Shown one piece after another: positions 34,111-38,479 of a stretch of 38,479 nt of DNA (positions within the stretch are counted from its first letter, which is position 1; every line of letters starts with the position of its first letter). Position numbers and translations under genes: made by a program. The stretch is from the NCBI RefSeq assembly GCF_001194135.2, contig NC_068987.1, positions 14,421,306 to 14,459,784 of the forward strand, read 5' to 3'. Under the pieces are notes generated by a model. It was not told the origin of the DNA. It worked only from the letters and a program-made list of their open reading frames with translations, and ran no database searches. The stretch is from Octopus bimaculoides (lineage: Eukaryota).

Positions 34111-35060
34111 TGAAGTGAAGTGGAGCATGGAGAATGTTGTCAGATTAAACAACAGTAAAATAAAAGAAGCGAAAAGATGAAACAAAAAAACAAACAAAAA
34201 ATAGAGACAAACAAAACATGAAATAAAACAAAATATACCTATAGCACACACAAGAATAACAAGAAATATAAAAATAAATGAATGAATGTAACAAATATAT
34301 TAAAAAATAGTGTTTGAGAAAGAATAAGTGATTAGCAGAATGGCTGGAAAGAATAAAGATAAAGAATCTAAAGACCATTAACGGCTTAGTCTGGTTCTTT
34401 GACAGACAGCAGAGAAGACTAGTTAAGTAGTTTTGTCTTCGTCACAATATGTAGCCTGAGAAATTTTACATATTGATTGTTCTGACATTTGTATGTCTCT
34501 GCCCGCTCGCCTGCTGGCTCGTTCGTTCGCCTGCTTGCTCACGCCTTCACCTATACATGCGATCGTACGTATACACACACGAAACTTACAATATATCACG
34601 CAAATACGTTCACACACATGTTAAAAATTTTTATAATATATAGATAGTTAAAAGTTATTGAGAAAGTGGCTACGATGTGCGTGAAGAATTAAGAATTGAA
34701 AGGAAAAAAAAAAACAATAAACAAAATGAAATAAACATTTGCACTATTCTGTTATTTATTTCAATATTTCGGCCTTCAAGAAACTAATCATGAATGGAGG
34801 AGAATAAAGAGCGGTGAGTAGAGAGTAGAACATTGTTCAGACATGCGTAGGTAAATAGGATTGTAGGAAGTATTGATTCATGCGTAGATTGATAGTGAAT
34901 TAATCATGTTGTTTAGAGTACGTTTTAACTGTTTAATGCGAATAGCACCTTTGATTCCTGGATTCTCGATGGGATGTTATCGCAGAGTGAAATACAGAGT
35001 GAAATAGCATTCAAACAGGAACCAATGCCGAATTGTTTTCTCACTTCGTCGAGAACTTAC

Positions 35061-35122
35061 CTTAAATTCACTGTCCTGACTTAAACCAATGATAAAATTC
35101 CTCAAAGTGTTTGTTTGACATG
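35061..35122 (-). CDS. Candidate 62-nt exon of an unidentified gene
   Basis: Minus strand: gttctgttatttctag|CATG...TTTAAG|gtaagt. One frame is open (CQTNTLRNFIIGLSQDSEFK). The call rests on splice signals only, and no homology was recognised. Confidence 0.2.
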
Positions 35123-35174
35123 CTAGAAATAACAGAACCTCCTCATAAATCATACTTACAGTCTTAGAATTTTG

Positions 35175-35340
35175 ATACAATTCTACGGACGGGTTTTAAT
35201 TCAATTTCCATCTACCCATTTCCACTTACAATGTTCAGGTCGATTCGAAGCTAAGGGAAACATTTGGCTAAACTGCCACAGAATGGGATTGAATTTGGGA
35301 CCCCATGGTTGCAACATCTTAACCACTCAGCCATGCCTCA
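35175..35340 (-). mobile_element. SINE family A head, degenerate
   Basis: Reverse complement ggcatggctgagtggttaagatgttgcaaccatggggtcccaaattcaatcccattctgtggcag matches the A-family head. Confidence 0.6.
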
Positions 35341-35699
35341 TCTGCTGTATAGAGATGATATTAGACATGTGTATTCAGGATAATGTTGCCCTGGAAAAAA
35401 TATCTTAAAAGGACGGGATGGGGTGTCTCTGTATAGGTATGCTAAATTAAGGTTGATTTGATACTAAACAAAAACAACAAGACAGCAGCAGAGACAACAA
35501 CAAATGCAGCCTAAGAGGTAGCAGCAGTAGCAACAGTTTACACTGCTAATACAGGCATTGTTACATGGGAAGAAGGTCATATATTTGCACGAGATGACTT
35601 ATAATCAATTGAATCGACTGCAGTATATTACAAAATGATAAATCTTGCGGTTATCTGAGTTAAGTCTGCACTGACGCAGTAATTAATATCTGTTAAGAC

Positions 35700-36230
35700 A
35701 CGTGTAAAAACAGTGCACAAAAACGAAAATAACAAAAGAAAACAGAACCACTGAACAAGAGAATAAAATCAATGAATGTAATGAGCTTGTGGAGAAAAGG
35801 AAAGTAACAGAACTCGACGTTTCGAACAGTTGTCATTCGTCAATACAGATGGAGAAGGTAGCCAACAGTTGACGCTACCTTTTCTTTTGGCAAAAGGATT
35901 TTAAAAAACGCATGCATGTGTGTTTCAATGAATAGGAAGTCAAACGTATCGGCAAGATAGTGTGCTTTGCGTGTGGAATAGTGCGGTTGAATGTGTGATG
36001 AGTGGTGTGGGCAAGGTGTCGTAGGCTGTGGGTGGCGATGTATGGTTGTGTAGTAGCTAAGAACGTGTGGGTAGAGAAGGTGGATGGTGTGGAATATATT
36101 GTTTGGGCGCAAGTTCGTGCGATGGGAAATAAATGTGCGGTCGTGAAAGGCGTGTTGTTATATGGGTGCGTGTATACCGGAGCGAATATTAAACGTGCGG
36201 TGTATTACATGGGTGACATTAGCAAGATCT
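35700..36230 (-). mobile_element. Highly decayed Penelope-like relic ending in a hammerhead-like motif
   Basis: The minus strand has weak traces of a GIY-YIG region (T.QP..THS, LADTFDFL versus LADRF.EHL), followed by UUGACGA...GAAA-CG-UC at 35845-35815. Confidence 0.35.
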
Positions 36231-36291
36231 TATAGTGTGTGTGTATGTGAGTGTGTGTGCGCGCGCGTGCCAGCATGTCTGTGGATGGTTA

Positions 36292-36367
36292 TTGATACCA
36301 CTTGATATCAGTTGTTGATACCACTTGATATCAGTTGTTGATACCACTTGATATCAGTTGTTGATAC
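36292..36367. repeat. 23-bp tandem repeat (about 3.3 copies)
   Basis: TTGATACCACTTGATATCAGTTG starts at 36292, 36315 and 36338, with a partial copy at 36361. Confidence 0.9.
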
Positions 36368-36369
36368 TA

Positions 36370-36760
36370 CTGGGGGTAATCCTGGGAGTGACCAGGATTA
36401 TTGAAGTGGTTAGTCACAAGCCTGAGAGATACAATATTGTGGACCTAGTGTTGTTACGTACAGTAAAAGCTCACTAAAACGATCAGTCTCTTCTTTCCGA
36501 CCAGTTTTTTTTTCCCATATACAGTAAATCACAAGGTTGACGTTTAAGGCAGTCGATAACATTATTTGGAGCACAGATGTTGCAGCCCGTGACATGGAAA
36601 GATGATTCTGGCCGCGTATAGAGTGGTGATATTCAGGACGAAGGAACGTATGCTGCCGTAGGAACGAGAACAAGCTTCGGATGCAGGTTGGATGCGGAAA
36701 GAATGAAAAAACAATGGGTGACAAGGGTCTAGTAGTTTGGATCTAACTGGATGGGAAGAC
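36370..36760 (-). mobile_element. Penelope-like element GIY-YIG endonuclease remnant
   Basis: With frameshifts the minus strand reads CAPNNVIDCLKRQPCDLLYMG, TGRKEETDRFSELL and TNHFNNPGHS. This matches the pattern TC.S.NVIYC..C..C..LYIGETGR.L.DRF.EHL...HFN.PGHS of Penelope endonucleases. Confidence 0.7.
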
Positions 36761-38189
36761 TGCGTTGTCAGATAATGTGCAAGAGAATTTGGGTGACATA
36801 TTGGAAGGTGAGGGGCTCGTCAATAATTGTTTCTTCAAAATATTTATGTATCTCATTTACCTAGAATGTGGTAAGTACTGATAAAGCTAATTTTCGCTTA
36901 GGAGGTCTAATAACACCGAAACATGTTCAAAATTGTTTCCGTGCTTACCAAAAGTCTAATTAACCTCGCTGTACCACGATAATCATTGAACTTTTGATTT
37001 ATCTCAGTTTCAGAGTTGTCTTCCTTGTCTTTTTAGACCAGAATTAATAATTCCATCCATCGATTTTTGATGCCCACTATTCATGGAAGGATCGTGAGAG
37101 TAGAGCTCTCAGTTATCTCCCCAAGGAGCCCTATAAAAACAACTTTTATTAAACTTTCGTGCTGGATTCTCAAGCGTAACCTGCTGTGATTATGGATATC
37201 ATCCGACCATCCTGCTTTTGGTTTACTGCACCTCCTGCCGGTTGGTTCAGCTTCAAGAATCTATCTTGCGATCCTTTCCTGGGACATTCTAGACTCATGT
37301 CCGTAGTATAGGAGCTGTGACTTCTCATTGCGAAGTGGCTAATAATATATTTTTTCTTCACGACAGGTGTAATTTTACTTAATTAGAAATCTATTTGGAT
37401 CACTAGATTAAGTATATTAGTTTCCCCCTAACATGACTATATGTTTTCCGTGCAGATGGCATCTCTGCGTAATTCCCTGCAGGCGTTCTTTTGAGAACCA
37501 AGATAAGCCAACCACTTCAATTTAGGAATGAAAATAAAGACACAACAAACACACTCTGTCGCTCACTCACGTCGCTTACTGTATCAGACAATACAATCTT
37601 AGACTTCTGGGAGTTATTATCGATATAAAGCCACCAACCCATACAAACAGAACACTTTCGGTATAGTAGTTCTATGAGAGGGAGAGAGATACAGAGACAG
37701 ACAGATAGAGATAGATAGATAAATAGATAGATAGATAGATAGATAGATAAATGGAGGAGGAGAAACGGAAATAAACGTGTAGTGTTTAAAATCTTAAGAA
37801 CATTCCAATCAAGTAAAATGATGCCTTTCTCGTGACTTTCTCATCTACTCTATGTTTGTGTATTATTCTTTCCTATCAAGAAACACATGAAGAAAATTGA
37901 TGAAATCATTTACTACAAAAGTAATTGGCATTATTTGTATTGACTTCTGTCACCATTTAAAGACACTTGTCTTCAATTCTCCCCACGCCGCCCTCGGTTC
38001 CTCACTCCCCAGACCTCAGCTACAGATGATCTGGTACTGTTGTTGTTTTTGTTGTAGCTTTTTTCCCCCCCATGACGCGGACATTTTGCCAGAAAGATTA
38101 TTCTAATAAGGTTTAATATCAATTACACCAAACCCTCAGGTATTATAATTTCGATACTTCCAATTACTTTATTAATAGGTGCAGACAAG

Positions 38190-38479
38190 CATGGCTGGCT
38201 GTATGGTTAAGAAGCTCGCTTTGCAGCCACGTTGGTTTCACGTTCAGTCCCACTGTGTGACACCTTGGGCCACAAAGTTCAGTCCCACTGTGTGGCACCT
38301 TGGGCCACACAGTTCAGTCCCACTGTGTGGCACCTTGGGCCACACAGTTCAGTCCCACTGTGTGGCACCTTGGGCAAGTATCTTCTGCTGTAGCCACAGG
38401 ACGAGGTGTCACTGTATGGCACCTTGGGCAAGTATCTTCTGCTTGTGTGAGAATTTTGTAGACGGAATTATGTGTGCGA
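38190..38479 (+). mobile_element. SINE family A with a 35-bp B-box unit repeated four times
   Basis: Units of gttcagtcccactgtgtggcaccttgggccacaca start at 38242, 38277, 38312 and 38347. A further partial duplication lies near 38410-38443. Confidence 0.85.

Noticed and set aside
36860-37100. Possible micro-exon (tag|AATGTG|gtaagt) and short exon-like segments on both strands
   Set aside because: Splice-like motifs of this quality arise by chance in AT-rich DNA. They conflict in strand and give no recognisable peptide.

Overview
Eukaryotic, AT-rich draft-genome window with many N gaps and very dense microsatellites. The repeat families look like those of an octopus or other coleoid cephalopod; this is an inference from the repeats, not a database result. 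I recognise no host protein-coding gene. Nearly all six-frame ORFs are artefacts of microsatellites or N runs. The window is a transposable-element landscape. It holds about 13 copies or fragments of one tRNA-type SINE (here family A), about 8 of a second (family B) and smaller repeat families. Non-LTR retrotransposon remnants include RTE-like, R4/Dong-like, Tx1-like and Penelope-like pieces, the last with hammerhead-like motifs. There are three decayed mariner transposases, a Tigger-like end and a Tc1/mariner-type MITE with an internally amplified 85-bp array. Two tiny solo-LTR-like inserts carry 5-bp target-site duplications (TSDs). The most distinctive structures are a nested SINE/LTR/MITE cluster (6.0-7.15 kb), a perfect 136-bp templated inverted duplication beside a SINE-head array (1.3-1.8 kb), a ~90-bp-arm hairpin element (29.6-29.9 kb) and a SINE whose Pol III B-box is quadruplicated (38.2-38.4 kb).
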